Positions 13,280-27,056 of a stretch of DNA of 64,000 nt are shown here, piece after piece. Below the pieces are notes generated by a model. That model searched no databases. It saw nothing but the letters and a program-made list of their open reading frames with translations, and had not been told where the DNA came from. The DNA lies in assembly GCF_030684315.1 (NCBI RefSeq), contig NC_081361.1, forward strand, positions 17,473,861 to 17,537,860, written 5' to 3'. The stretch comes from Stegostoma tigrinum (taxonomy: Eukaryota). Each line of letters starts with the position of its first letter. Positions within the stretch are counted from its first letter, which is position 1. The position numbers were made by a program, and so were the translations under genes.

Positions 13280-13715
13280 CAGGTGGAATATTGCGTTTGG
13301 TTCTGGATGCCACGCATTAGCAGGAACACGACAGCATTACATAGGGTACAGAGAATGTTGGAACTGTTCTTCTTACAGAAGGTAAAGGTGAGAGAGATCT
13401 GATCAAGACATTCAAAATTATGACGGGTCTGGACAAAGTAGATAGGAAGGAACTGAGGTAGAGACACAGATTTAAGTTAACTAACAAATGAAGCAGTAGC
13501 AACAGAAGGGAAAGAAATGCAGCGACTGGTTAGTATCTGGGATGCACTACCTGAGGCAGGTTCAATTGAGCCTTTCAGAAGGCAAATGGATCATAATCTG
13601 AAAAAGAAATACTGGCAGAGTTATAGGAAAAAGCAGCGGAGTTGCAATTGATAAATTATTCCTTCAGAAAGCCTGCACAGTCACAATGGGCCAAATGGTC
13701 TCCTTCTATGCTATA
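13280..13715 (+). mobile_element. CR1 LINE 3' fragment
   Basis: EYCVWFW / DLIKTFKIMTGLDKVD-like sequence followed by a CR1-type 3'UTR. Confidence 0.7.
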
Positions 13716-13844
13716 ATCAATAAAAACTCCAATACACCTTCAAAAAGACACTGACGTATTAGCAAAGATTGAGACTGAAGCAACAAAAACAATTCCCTGA
13801 CCTAAAGTACACAGTATTTTCTTGTAGCTATAGGGAATTTTTTT

Positions 13845-14080
13845 TTTTAAATTATCCTTTCATGGAATATAGATTTTGCAGGTAATGACAGCATTTGTTG
13901 CCCATCCCCAATTATCCTTGAACTGACTAGCTTGCTAGGTCATTTAAGACGGCAGTTAAGAGCCAACCCACAAAAATTAATTAATTTTAAACTCCCTGAG
14001 CTGTGTGTACATAGAACGTTAGTCTGGGTAATTTGATCGTTTTCGTTCAGTAACATTTAAAATATGTCGTCACATCTCCT
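13845..14080 (-). mobile_element. Degenerate tRNA-headed SINE
   Basis: gcatttgttgcccatcccc...ggcagttaagag, shared with the other copies. Confidence 0.5.
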
Positions 14081-15979
14081 GAAAATTTGGCTGAGACAGT
14101 CGGCTATAAACAGTACGACCTAACTTTTGCAAACTTTATTACATATATCAAACAGAAACGTTATGAGAAAGCAGTCAACAAAAGATTTATTTTCTGCTCC
14201 TTCCAGGTTAAAGGCTCTTATGGAAAGAATGAAACTTTTGGTAACCAACCCAAAAAAGCTCTATAGAGCAGAAAATAACAGAAAAACATACAGAATCCCA
14301 ATTTTTTAAATAAATCTGTGTAAACAGAAGCGCTAGGTTCTTGCTCTTCAATTTTGTTAACTGTCAACCTCCAGGCACTCAATAGTTCACAGTTTTAACT
14401 AGGTCTACATTGTAGTACCTAATCTGACTGAGGTAGCACAACAAGGGTGTGAATTGCAGTAAACTTAAATCAAGCACTTCCTTTTCTTGAAATGCTTTTT
14501 GCTGTCTGGTATGCGAGTAGTATAGAAATGGCTGCTGCGAATCCAGTGGGTGATATGGAGACAGTCTGGTAGCTACAATGCCTCTACGTTTCGGCATTTC
14601 TCTTTCTTGCGGATGGGAAACATAGGGAGAAGCTTATTGTATTTGACAACCACAATTACCCAGGACACAGAAAATCAGCAGGCTGTTAATTGTGTGAACA
14701 ATAATTGCAGATAGCATTTTTCCTCCCTCGACGGAAAAAACACAACAGAGGATTAGTACATGTCAGATCCACCCCATATGCAGGTGGACCTGCCTTCAAG
14801 CCCTGAAATGCATCTGGGGACATTTCACAAATGCAGGAACACCCTTTTGTAGTAATCCTGACAGAGCATGAAATCACAAAAATACCAAGCCCAATGGAAT
14901 ACAGAGAGACAAATCCCTTCATAAATATATCACTGTCTCTACCGTGGCTACTGAGAAATTATATCTATTTTGCCCTTTGTCTCTGATTTATCCACCAATT
15001 ACTTGCATATTCATTCATTTATCCCGCGACTATAAACACCAAAGAACTCATGTAATAAAAGCACATAATTGTACAGTTACTGGGCTGGATCACTAACTGC
15101 AACTGTGAAATATTTAAAATGCATGTAAAAGTTGTGGATGAAAAGGAAGGGAGTCAGCTTCTGGACCCAGAGAAATGGGGTTGGCTTACCCTAAAAAAAA
15201 TCGTAAATCATTGCACGTTTTCGGGACATGGGCAACACTGGTTATGCCAGGAATTACTGTACATTTCTAACTGCCCTGGAGGAGATGGTGGTGAGCTATC
15301 TTCTTGAACAGGTCTACTAACACAAATTGTGCTGTTAGGGAGAGAAGAAAAAACTGAAACTGTTAGAAACTGAAATATGACAACATTTTTAAAAATTGAA
15401 TTATCAAAATGTTAAAAAAATGATGTCATGCAAATATAAAATTGATTTTTTATGGCCAGAGGATCTTCAGTAATAGTTATGAATTATACTATTAAAGTCC
15501 AAGTATGTTTTGTTAACAAGGTGCGAATTTTTCAGAGACTGTTCAGCACAAATGCAAATAAAGATGTCGTTGACTGCTCAGTGATTTCACTCGATAGGAA
15601 CTTGAAGAGCAAGGGTCTTGGTTAAATGTAAAATCAGTCATACGTTTACAAATGTGTACGCAGAATGTGCTGTCAATTTCACAGGAATAGTGAAAGACAA
15701 CGGTTACATCGGCATCACAGTAACAACACCTTGACATACGGGGTATTTAGACACAAACGGAAGCAGAATCAGAATACTTCAATGTTGACAATAATTATCA
15801 AGTTACCATTGAACATAAAGCTACACCACACAAAGAAAGCATTTATTTCACAGACTCAACAGTACTTAAATTATTTAAAACAAGCGTAAGTCACCAGAAG
15901 TTAATTTTTTTCCCCCAAAATAACTGACACATTCTTCTACACTAAAAGTCACTGTAAACACACCATTCAGAAACTGGTA

Positions 15980-16462
15980 AAGAAGATTCACTAGGATGAT
16001 CCCTGGTTTAGAGAGACTGTCTTATTAGCAAAGGCTAAACAGGTTGGTAATCTACTCGCCAGAGGTTAAAAGAATGAGAGGTGATCTAACTGAAACTTAC
16101 AGGATTCTTAACAGGCTTGACAGGGTAAATGCTGAAAAAGATGTTTCCCCTCACAGGTGAGAATCTAGGACCAGATGGCATAGCCTCAGAGTAAAGTGGT
16201 GCTAACTTAAGACTGAGATGAGGAAAAATTGCTTGTCTCACAAAGTTTGAGTGTCTTTGGAACTTCTTGCCACATACAGGTGTAAGGGGCAAAGTCTTTG
16301 TATACAACTAAAGCGGAGATAGATAGATAGATCCTTGATTAGTAGGGGAATCAAGGGTTATGGGAAAATGCATGAAAGTGGATGATGAATGGCAGCTCGG
16401 CTATGACCTTATTGAATGGCACAGCAGGCTCAAGGGGTCAAACGGCTATTGTCTTATGGTCA
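15980..16462 (+). mobile_element. CR1 LINE 3' fragment
   Basis: aagaatgagaggtgatctaactgaaacttacaggattc... and a 3'UTR similar to 18380-18778. Confidence 0.8.
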
Positions 16463-16739
16463 CAACTAACACTCTTCAGAAGCATATGCATAAAGTTGGG
16501 ACATTTTAACCAGGCAGCTATGACCTACTTACTGCATCGTGGATCTCAATCACAGATTTAAATCTAACAATTAAAACTGTTCATTAAGGCAGTACTCACT
16601 GTAATTTTTCCAAGTGCAACAGCTTCTGAGCATACTTAGAAGCCTTAAAATGAAAAGTTATCTATTAATTTCAAAGTCAGTGACCTAATTTTTTTCTTAG
16701 ATCCCAATTAACTATTTCTTTGTTAACAGGTTTAAAACT

Positions 16740-17230
16740 TCTGTTTTTCTCCCTCTCAGTCGCCCATTTTCAACATCCCTCCAGGCTCACACCTCCCTTG
16801 CAAACTCCTTCACTTCTCTTGCGGATTCCTCCTCTCCACATTACACTTTGTGCAGACTCCTGATTTCCTCCTACTCACTCCTCTTGCTGTGTTCTTCTTC
16901 CCCTCAAAACCATTTGCAGCCTCCGCCTTCCCCTCCACACTCTTCAGCCTGCTTCTCTCCTCTGCACAACTTGCAGCCTCCTTCTCACCCAAACCACTTT
17001 CTAGCCCACACTTCTCTTCCAGCCTCCTTTACCACTCGACTCTAACTTGCATCCTTCTTCAACCCCACAAACCTCTTACAACCTCCATTTCCCAAAAGCC
17101 CCTTTCTAGCCATGTTCTCCTTGCCTCAATAAACACTTTGAATCCGCCTTCTTGACTTTCCACCAACTTCTACCAAATCCTTCTCCTTCTCTTCACACCA
17201 CTACCACTTGACACCCTTAACTCAGAACCA
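16740..17230. repeat. Pyrimidine-rich low-complexity tract
   Basis: C/T-rich plus strand with imperfect ccttctc/cagcctc units. Confidence 0.5.
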
Positions 17231-17544
17231 ACAAATAGTACTCATGAAGTCAGCTTCCAGCCTTGGCTGAAGGCCTGCTATACCAACCAAAGGTCGTTCT
17301 TGGCACATCAGCTCCCAGACCCAAGATCTCTCAACTCCACAACACCGACTCTCTGCTATTGGATCTCAGCAAAAGGATTCCCCAGCAAATCCCTCATTGG
17401 CAAAAGTGACTTTATGAACTGCTCACTGCTTTTCCAATCAGACAATATATCTTAACTTACCTGTGTTTGCTGCTAATACTGAGCCTACCAGCAACAACCA
17501 TAGAATAGAACCAGCCTAAAGTCATAAGTCAAGGGGGAAGTCAT

Positions 17545-18778
17545 GAAGGGGAAATCATGTCTGATTAATTTATTAGAGCTTTGCAAGGAACCCTCTACCA
17601 GAGAGTCGACAGAGAGGAACAAGTAGACAGGTTATGTTTGAATTTCAAGACAGTGTTCGACGAGGTACTGTACCTCACAAAAGTTTACCTCATAACAGCG
17701 CTCAGTGTAGCAGGTAGCATATCAGCATGGATAGAGAACTGGCCAATTGTCAGGAAACAGCAAGTGGGATAAAGGGCTCTTTTTCAGATTAGTAGCCTGT
17801 GACCAGTGGGGTTCTACAGGATCAGTGCTGGGACCGCAGCTGTTTACAATATATATTAATGACTTAAAGAAAGCAAATGTACTGCAGACTGTGGATAAAT
17901 TTTCATTCAGCACAAAAATAGGTGGAAAGGCTGGTTGTATAATCAATACAAACATGTTGCACGGTGATATTTATAGGTTAAATAAGTGGGCAAACAGTTG
18001 GCAAATGGAGTACAATATGGGAAAATACAAAGTAGCTCATTTTGGAAGAGAACAAAATATTATTTAAGTGGACAGAAACTGCAGAAAGCTGCAACACAAA
18101 GAGATATGGGGATAATTCTGCACGAAACACAGAAAAAGTAGTATGTAGGTACAGCAGGTAATCAGGAAGGCTAATGGAATGTTGGCCCTTATTTCAAGGA
18201 AGATGAAACATTAGAGTAGGGAAGTCTTATTGGAACTGTACAAAGTGCTGTTGAGACAACATTTGAGTGGCTGAGAGCAATTTTGGTCCCCTTATTTAAG
18301 GAAAGAAGTTCAGAGGAGAATCTCTGGGTTTGGAGGAGTTGTTTTATGAACAAGGATTAAACAGTTTGGGATTCTATCACTGGAGTTTAAAAGAATGAGA
18401 GGTGACCTCATTGAAACATGTAGGATTCTTAAGGGGCTTGACAGGGTAAATGCCCAGAGGATGACTCCACCATGAGTGTGTTTAGGGCCAGAGGGCATAG
18501 TTTGGAAATAAAAGCGTGCCAATGTACGACTGAGATGAGGAGGAATTTCTTCACTGATGGTTGAGTGCCTTTGGAACTCTTTGCCACAGAGAGGCGTACA
18601 TATTTATAGCTAAGATATATAGATTCTTAATCAGTGGAGGAATCAAGGGTTATGGTGAAAGGACAGGAAAGTGGATGTGAAGAATTTCAGATCAGATCAG
18701 TCACAATGCTATTGAACGGTGGAGCAGGTTCACAGGGCCGAATGGCCTGCTCCTGTTCACATTTCTCACAGTCTTAGG
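17545..18778 (+). mobile_element. CR1 LINE RT/3' fragment
   Basis: GSVLGPQLFTIYINDL...KWANSWQMEYNMGK. Confidence 0.85.
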
Positions 18779-21761
18779 GTAATCAGAAGTGTTGCTTCAC
18801 AATTTCCTTCCACTCTATATTCATGGGCGACTCTTCTCTGATCATTAGCAAATAATAAAATCTACCATACCAAAGCACAGAGCATCCAAATTACTGAAAT
18901 AGTCAAACTCCATTAGCTTTAATAGATGAGAACTTGTTAACCAGAAGGCAGGGGTCATTATTTCTTGGTTAACAATACATAATACAGAGTTTCTTTAAAA
19001 AAAAAGTACTGTATTAAAGAGACATAAGAAATTTCATGCATCGCAACAGCCAAATTAAACTAGGGCATAAAACGGTGTCTCAGTATCCTCATTAACTATG
19101 TTACTCAACCATTTCTGCAAAGATTGAGTTTGAAGTTGCTATCTTTCGCAGAACTTCAACAGTGTCAGACTGTAAGTGATTAAAATTCCATTTGTAATCA
19201 TAGCCCACCAACCAATCCCTACCATCCAATATGGCAGTGTGACAAATATTCCTCAATGGTTGTTTAAAAGCAAGAACAGAAAGCTCATCTTTCGACAAGC
19301 TGTAACAATATTTCTTTTCCTGAATTATTTTAAAATCAGAAGACAAATTTTGAACATTTTTAAATTCAGGCAAGGTGCCACAGGACAACTATCCATAAGT
19401 ATATACTCATGAGGAAGCACAAGACTATTGAGAAGGTGAGGCAAAGATTCAACCTGTGCAAAGTCCAAGGTTCCTTTACTATTGATGTGCCTACAAATAT
19501 GGCATTTACAAAGAATTCAGATGTGTGTCTGCATACAGTTGTGCTGTTGTCTCAAAGCCAATGTAAAATTTTCTCTTACTCTTATAAAAAGGATCAAAAC
19601 TGAAGGTGAAGGGACTAGGAGGTCTGTTGATTTACTTCATATGGTAGTTAGTTTCCCAAAGTGGTTACAGATCTTTTCTCATTGAATTAACGCATAGTCT
19701 CCTCACAAGTAATCTTGAAGCCTCATGTTATATATCGGTATCACAAGGTGCCTTGAGTGCATCATAAGTACTAGGAAAGATATTAAATTTCCTTTAAAGT
19801 TTTTGTTACGATGAGACGACAATGCCCCTTTCAAGGGAGACAAGTAGTTTGTTATGGGTCCTTCAAAAGAGGAATACATTTACTTCAACTAACTGTCCTT
19901 CAGAAAAGGTTTAAAGAGTCAAATAAATACATTTAGTTTTTTTGGCATTGTTGGAGTTCCTCATACAGATCATTACGTAGAATGGAACCTTCATTTTCTG
20001 CAATTCAAATTATTGACCATCGCTTTTGACCAAATCTGCCCAAGATCTTCTTTCACAATCTAACTCGCACCAATCTTCTTGAGAAGTAAAATTATCATTA
20101 AACCCTTCAAATAAAAACCATGCATCTTCTGCCGTCTCCACAATTTTTCATTTCGATAACCACAGTGTTACTGTACTATACCTATAAAGCACAAGTTTGG
20201 GGTCTCTCAATTATTTGAATATTTTCAGGAGCCTCTCCAAATGACAACTAAGAAAAAGTTTAATCAATTCACAAAGATGGTTTGTGCTAAGAGCCATGCA
20301 AAAAGTGCGTATGTGTAGCACGAACAGCATTTCGCACCAATTTTGCACCTAGAGTCACCCAAATGGAGCAATGCACCATCCCTATTTTTTTTTAATGTGG
20401 CTTAACAACTTCTCGCCGCAAAAACGTAAGAAAATCTAAGGCCCTCAACTTGACTAACTTTTCAATCAGCTACTGTCAACCACACTAACATAAGAAGTGA
20501 CCCAAAATCATTTACTGGTCAGCAGAGGCAGGACTATAATGCCCAAGGAAGGCAGCATATGTGGCACTTTTAACAGTGGTTCCTAGACAAGGAGGCAACA
20601 CATTGTAAACCATCTACACTACAATGAATTTACTCAGGACCAACACAGCCTTGCACTTTTATCTGTTGTTACAGATGACACTGGAGATGAATAACCTGTT
20701 TGTTTGACAAACTGCTTTATTTTTGATTAAATATAAATTGTATACATCATCCTATGGTCATTATTATAAAGCACTCTGCAGACAGATAGCTATAAGAAAG
20801 ACTCCATGATGTTTATGACGATATTTAAATGATATCCACAACATCCCTGATACAGTAACTAGAAAATCTCATCCTCATTACGCAAGCTGGAATTTAATAC
20901 CTACAGGAAACCTGAGAAATGAAATAACTGTATCTTGTAATCAATTACTCAAACTAGCCCTTTGTCAGGATTCAAGCACCTGTTAACAACAAGCGATCAA
21001 TGATATCAACCATCATTAGAGGAACAGGCCTATCTGGTCAAAAATAAATCTGGCCTGACAGAATTCAATATACTGCCTGAAGCCGAAGTTCTTTTCTTAG
21101 AAAGAACATTTAACAACTGAAACCTTCTGTTTTTCTTAAAAAAAAGCTTTAGAGGTGCGATTACCAGCACAGTCATGGTGTTGGTAAGTATCAATCCTGT
21201 ATAAACACGTTATTCCCACCCCGTGCTGCCTCATTATAAGTTTCACATATCCACAAATATCAAATGGAAGCGGTTTAATAAGCCCAAAACAATCCCTTTG
21301 TCAAAGAATGAAAAGGATAAATTTCCAGGTAAATTGCAGGCCAACAACTTTCAAGTCAACATATCAGACCATAGGATTAAAGTGATTCCCTAGAAATCAG
21401 AAAAATCCTGCTGTTTTCAATACTGCTTAATACAGGCGCACTTTCATGAGTCAAGGGGCTCTTGATTTCAACATCTTGATTCCCTCATCTAGTTTGTGAC
21501 ATGTTAAAACATAGTAAAAATATATTCAATGAATCACAAAATCCACCACTCTGGATGCATACCTAATCCCAGAACGAGAATTTAGTAGCAGGTATCATAT
21601 CATACTTGATTATTGTGTAAATTTTAGCAGATACAAAACCCATGAATTCAACATTACTTAGCCTGTTCCTTGCGAAATAAGCTAATTATCTATTGACAAA
21701 CATTGCAGAAAAGAGCTTCCATTCAAACACAGAAAAGTGGAGGTGTTAATACTGCACATTT

Positions 21762-22095
21762 TTTTAAATTCATTCGTGGAATGCGGGTGCATTTATGGCC
21801 CATGCTTAATTGCCCAGAGGGCAGTTAGGAGTCATTGCTGTGGGCCTGGAATTGCACGTAGGCCAGACTAGGTGAGGCTGGCAGATTCCTTCACTAAGCG
21901 GTCGTTAGTGAACCAGTTGGGTTTTCCTGCCACTGGCAATGGTTTCAAGGTTATCAATCTTCACTCCAGAATTTTTGTGAATTCAAATTCCACCGAGTGT
22001 CATGGTGGGATATCAAACCTGGGTCCCCAGAACATTACCCGCGTTACTGGATTAATTGTCTAGCAATAGTACAATTAGGCCAACACATCTCCATC
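21762..22095 (-). mobile_element. Near full-length tRNA-headed SINE
   Basis: tRNA-like head at the right end, shared body, and a LINE-like tail resembling 6780-6845. Confidence 0.7.
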
Positions 22096-22499
22096 TTCTG
22101 CTGCTTGTAACTACTCCTACCAGGGAATCTGCTGAAATCTGTATAGTGTGCCATACATTGTCTTGTGCCTTACTCACACATCTTCTGTAGCTCATCTGCA
22201 GCCATTCTGAAATCTCTCAATCATGCTCTCTTTCTGCAGTTTTCCACTTTGCCCTTCACAAATGATTTCTAGTGTTTCAGCTTTGCTCAAAGGCTGAAAT
22301 ACTGATTTTTTTTCCTGGGTGAAAACTGATTTTAAAGAAAAGAGAGCTCCAATATATAAACAGTGGCAAATAGAGCATTTCCTGAAAAATCCAGGTTTGA
22401 ATCCGATCCAGCTAGTGTGGTGAAATGTCTCTCTCACATTAAACAGCTTTGCAAAGGTTCTACATTCACAGCTAATTTTGGCAGCTGAATATGCAAAAT

Positions 22500-22860
22500 A
22501 GAAAGATACAAAATATACAAAATAGAAGTAGGCCATTCAACACGTCAAGCCTGCTCTGTCATTCAGTAAGATCAATGTTGGTATGTTTGTGTTAAGTTCC
22601 ATATTTCCATCTAACCAAGATAACCACTGATTCCTTTAAAAGAATCTATTCGCCTTTGATTTAAAAATATTCAATGCCACTGCTTCCACCACCTTTAGAG
22701 ACAGAATTCCAAAGTCGTACAAGTCCCTGGGTGGAAAAGTTTCTCCTTACTGGTGTCCTGAAAGGCAGCCATCTAATTTTAAAAAGTGTGGCCTCCTAGA
22801 CGAACCTACAAGAGAAAACTTCCTTGCCGTGTTTACCTTGTCAAGGGCATTCGGGATCAG
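22500..22860 (-). mobile_element. CR1 LINE 3' end
   Basis: Reverse-complement CR1 3'UTR (gtaggccattcaac...cctgctctgtcattcagtaagatc). Confidence 0.65.
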
Positions 22861-23149
22861 ACAAGAAATCAAAAGTCACAAATTATAATTCTAGTTAGTG
22901 TAAGTAAAAGCTGAAATGCAGGGTGACATGTGGATCATTACAAAGCATAAACAGGCATCCTGAATGTACAGTTTCCATGTCCCTATCTAAATATCCAGTT
23001 AAACAGGAATATGGCAAAATACAGGAGTTTTAAAAAAGTTCAATCTTAGAACTCAGGACTGAGGCTAGGTTCTAAACAGCAACAGAAAAATAAGGTGGCC
23101 ACATCCTGACTGTGGAAACCAAAACTCTGAAATTAAGAGCTTGTCAACA

Positions 23150-23480
23150 GCGGCTCAGTGGTTAGCACTGCTGCCTCACAGTGCCTGGAACCTGGGTTCG
23201 ATTCCAGCCTCGAGCGACTGTGTGGAGTTTGCACGCTTTCCCCATGTCTGCGTGGGTTTCCTCTGGACGGTCCGGTTTCCTCCCACAGTCCAAAGATGAG
23301 CAACTTAGATGGATTGGCCATGCTAAATTGCCCATAGCATTGAAGGATGTGTGGGTTAGCTACAGGAAATGCAGGGTTATGGGGGGAGTGAGTCTTGGGG
23401 AGTGGGGATTGTTTTTTGGAGAGTGGTTGTTAGCTTGTTGGGCCGAATGGCTTGTTTCCACTACGTAGGGATTCCATGGA
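23150..23480 (+). mobile_element. HE1-type V-SINE
   Basis: A box ggctcagtggttagc, B box ggttcgattcc, and V-domain tgtgtggagtttgcac...ccggtttcctcccacagtccaaaga. Confidence 0.85.
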
Positions 23481-25689
23481 TATGTACTGAAACTTGTGAA
23501 TTAGCATTCCATAAAGCAGCGCATATCAGCAGTTAGGACAAACAGAAACTCAATACTGACTGCAATGATTCTGGATAATGCATGGTGTCTTGTATCAGTC
23601 CATCATATGGGCTTCACTTATTACTACTACTAATGGGGCAAGTGGCAAAATTTAGGCAATGGAGGAGTTAAATATTTACTATGGCTCGTTCTCCCTCGGG
23701 CCATTTTTAGAATTATGAATTTTGAGCTTATCAAGAGAAATGTCAACAACTGGGAAGAGTACATGCCAGCTTTTGGACACCAGCTGTCAATATCAAGGCC
23801 TCAGGATGAATCCTTTTTATTATCTGTAACATCAGTCATTTGTGACCTGAGTAATGTTGCCAGGGTAGCACTAGGGAATCAGCTCCTAGTGGTAAGTGAA
23901 TTTAGAATGCCATAAACTCAATTAATAAAGAATAGAAAATTAAAAGTGCCAGAAAGAGAGGAAAACAGTGAGAGCATGAACAAGTGAGGGAAAATATTGA
24001 TGTCAACCCATTTGCTTGGATTAGTTTCATACCCAGGCACCACAGTGAGCATCCAATCTTATACCCAAGTTCCCTCCCAACTTGCTGCACTTATTGGTCA
24101 TGGCCATGAATTCCTTTAAGCCCTCAACAAGAATTTATCAGTAAAACTGATTCAAGCTACCATTCCAATCATTCGGAAACCTGCAGAATTGAAAAGCTAC
24201 TGAAGAAGCTGCAAGTCAAGACCCTAATGTTATTTAGTAAAATGTTTTTGTTCACACATGTTTCTAACAAATCACAATTGGCAGAAGATTTACATTGTTA
24301 TTTAACAACAATCTTTTCTATTGCTTTGGTATCTGCAAGTTCATTATCTCACCAATTTGTATGTGAACCACTGTATTTTCATATGTTAAATAATTTCAGT
24401 AACAAGTTAAATTAATTCTAACACTTATCTTTAGTCTTGTGTACCAGACATAACCAACTGAGAAAAGGGGTTTAAAAAATGTAAAATGCACTAGCTGGAA
24501 AGCAAACTCCATATTCCATGAATATGATCCAACAGTGCCACCTTATGTCAAGAACAGCACTATGCAGTTAGTTACACATACAATCTGGAGAAGTACTAGA
24601 TTCAAGCAAATGAAAAAGTTGCTAATCAAGCTCTTACAGAAGATTGCATGTGCAAAATAAAAGGCTAGATTCTTCTCATAAACTATTTCCTGTTTTTCTA
24701 TGCACGTTTTCAAAATGGGCTTAGATATGGTTCTTGTGGTTAAAGGGTTCAAAGCATTTTGATAGAAAGCGAGAGAATGGTGATGTATGATAAACAATAA
24801 TCACATTAAACGGTGGAACAGACTCAGAAGGGTCAACTGGCCTACTCCTATTTATTACAACAAACATCAATCTAAATTTAGTTACTGCCAGTGAATATTT
24901 AATATAGCCTATATTTCTCTACTAAATATTTAATAGCATCCATAGTTACAAGCAGAAGACAAGTCCAATTATATCAGAATGATGATTTGCCAAAGTTCAG
25001 TTTTTAAAAGAACTCAAAATTCAAGCATTTCCTTCCTCATTTTCAAAGTACAAAGCATTTTTGTTTTTCATGGCTTAAATGTAAAACAGTAGCTCAAATG
25101 AAAAAGAAGTACACATTTTAAAACTTAACAACAGTTTATAAATTAATTCTTAGAGTGAATTATCCATCAGTCAACAGGCTTCAATGAAATTTATAGTCAG
25201 CCAGATAATTGAAATAGATAAATCATTACACTTGCACAGCAGAAAGAAATAGCACAATTTGAAACCAATGTCATTGAGCACCAATTGATTACTAGACTCA
25301 TTTTGTTCCATTCAATCAACTGAACAGTCTAGAAATACCATCACTGCTTGCATTTGTCTACTTTCCACTCATCTCTTCTACACATTAGAGATTACACGTT
25401 CCGGAGATACTGTCAAAAACTATTGTCAAGTCAGTGCAGTCTATCTATAGATGATAAATACAGTTGCCACACTACACCAGTGGTGAATGAAATAACTGGT
25501 GATTTAAATAGGCTGCTTACATGTTGTTGAAGCTGCAATCATCCAGGCAAATGAGGAGTAGTCCTACTACATCCAGTCATGAAATGCTGGTGGATAATTA
25601 AATGATTAACAGGACGGCAAGTCTTCACAAGTATGCCCATACTCAACGGCTCACAATGTCCAGCACATCAGTATTCAAGCATTTATTTT

Positions 25690-26400
25690 CATCGTTAATC
25701 ATAAGTGTCGAATAGATGCACAATTCTGACCTCTTCCTAAGGTATCAGCATCACAGATGCTAGTCTTTATCCAATTCAATCCACTCTATGCGATGTCAAG
25801 AAACAGGTGAAGTCACTAGATATGCCCACCAGTCTACTCTCAATCATCAAACTGAATTGAAGGGGTCATTAACAGTGCTCTGAAGCAGTACTTAGGCAAA
25901 ATCACTGCTCAGTGATATTTAATCTGGGTTCCATCAGGACTACGTAGCTTCTGATCTCACTACACCCCTGGTCCAAACAGTGAGATCTGAGCTCCAGAGG
26001 TGGGATGAGAACAACTGACCATAACAACCAGTGTCCAGGTCATCAAGAAACCCTAGAAAAACTGACTTTGATGTGAATCAGGGGTAACATTCCCCACTGG
26101 TTGGAGTCACACCAAGCACTAATAAAGATGGTTGTGGTTGTTGGAGGACATTCATCTCAGTCTTAGAACATGATTACAGAAGTTGCTCCATCACAAGGCC
26201 AAGAAGGAGAATATTCAATGACGAGTGTGCAATGTTCAGTGTCATTCATGCCTCCTCAGAAAGTGAAGCAGCTCATTTCCGAAGACAGCAATATCTATTA
26301 GGTTCAAACTGATAAATGGCAAATACCATTTGTATCACATACTGCCTAGCAATTGCCTACAAGAGAGAATATCACTACCTTACAATGAAGTGCAATGTCA
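25690..26400 (+). mobile_element. Highly degenerate LINE remnant, same family as 3420-5655
   Basis: Shared blocks with 4150-4720 (cacagatg..agtctt.atccaatt; ccactggttggagtcacacc). Confidence 0.55.
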
Positions 26401-26837
26401 ACCTCACACATACAGCATGTGACAACAACCTCTGTGGAAAAAGCACTGCGTATTTTTCAACCAAACAGCTACATGGCAAATTCTAAGGGGAGTAGTTCTC
26501 AGTCAGGTCAAAGGAGCTTCCAAATGTCAAAGGCTTTCCGATACAATTAGTCAAGGGCATTGTCCCATCTCAGTCCAAGGGCTCTGGCATAGGTCCTCAT
26601 CTACTTGGGGTGAGCATAATCAGGAACAGGCCATGGTCAGTTTAGCTAGTTCAGTGCAAACAGTCAGGCATGTCGTGGTACATTTGTCAACAAGCAGCAC
26701 ACAGATCAGCCAGGGGCTTTGGTCAGTCATCACCTGGGGCTGTCTGTGCACATCAGTCATTGGAATGGGCCATGATAAGTCCTGAGGTCAGCTGAAAGTT
26801 GGAAACTTGGTGCTGGGGACTGGAGGTAGTAATCTGC

Positions 26838-27056
26838 TGTCGTGATTATAATGAGGTCAGCTAGCTGGATCTCATTAGAATATGAGTTCCTGATTGGACT
26901 AGATTAACAGCCCCATTTGGAGAACCCTGGCTGATAAATATAAACAGGAGTGTCACACATCCTGCTCCCTGAGAGCTGGCTCAGCATCAAGGACTCTCCA
27001 TGTGTAAATAATGGGTAACTTGGAATCAGGATGTTGGTTTCTGTTGAGTTATCTCA
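26838..27056 (+). mobile_element. Solo LTR (probably Gypsy-like)
   Basis: TG...CA termini, internal TATA-like taaatataaa, and a 5-bp flanking repeat tctgc/tgtgc with one mismatch. Confidence 0.6.

Noticed and set aside
23150-23220. tRNA genes here and at about 33720, 46600 and 49920
   Set aside because: The A and B boxes belong to SINE heads that continue into SINE bodies. No complete cloverleaf.
7285-25530. Numerous 60-110 aa ORFs in AT-rich intron sequence
   Set aside because: No recognisable domains, many non-ATG starts, and lengths expected by chance.
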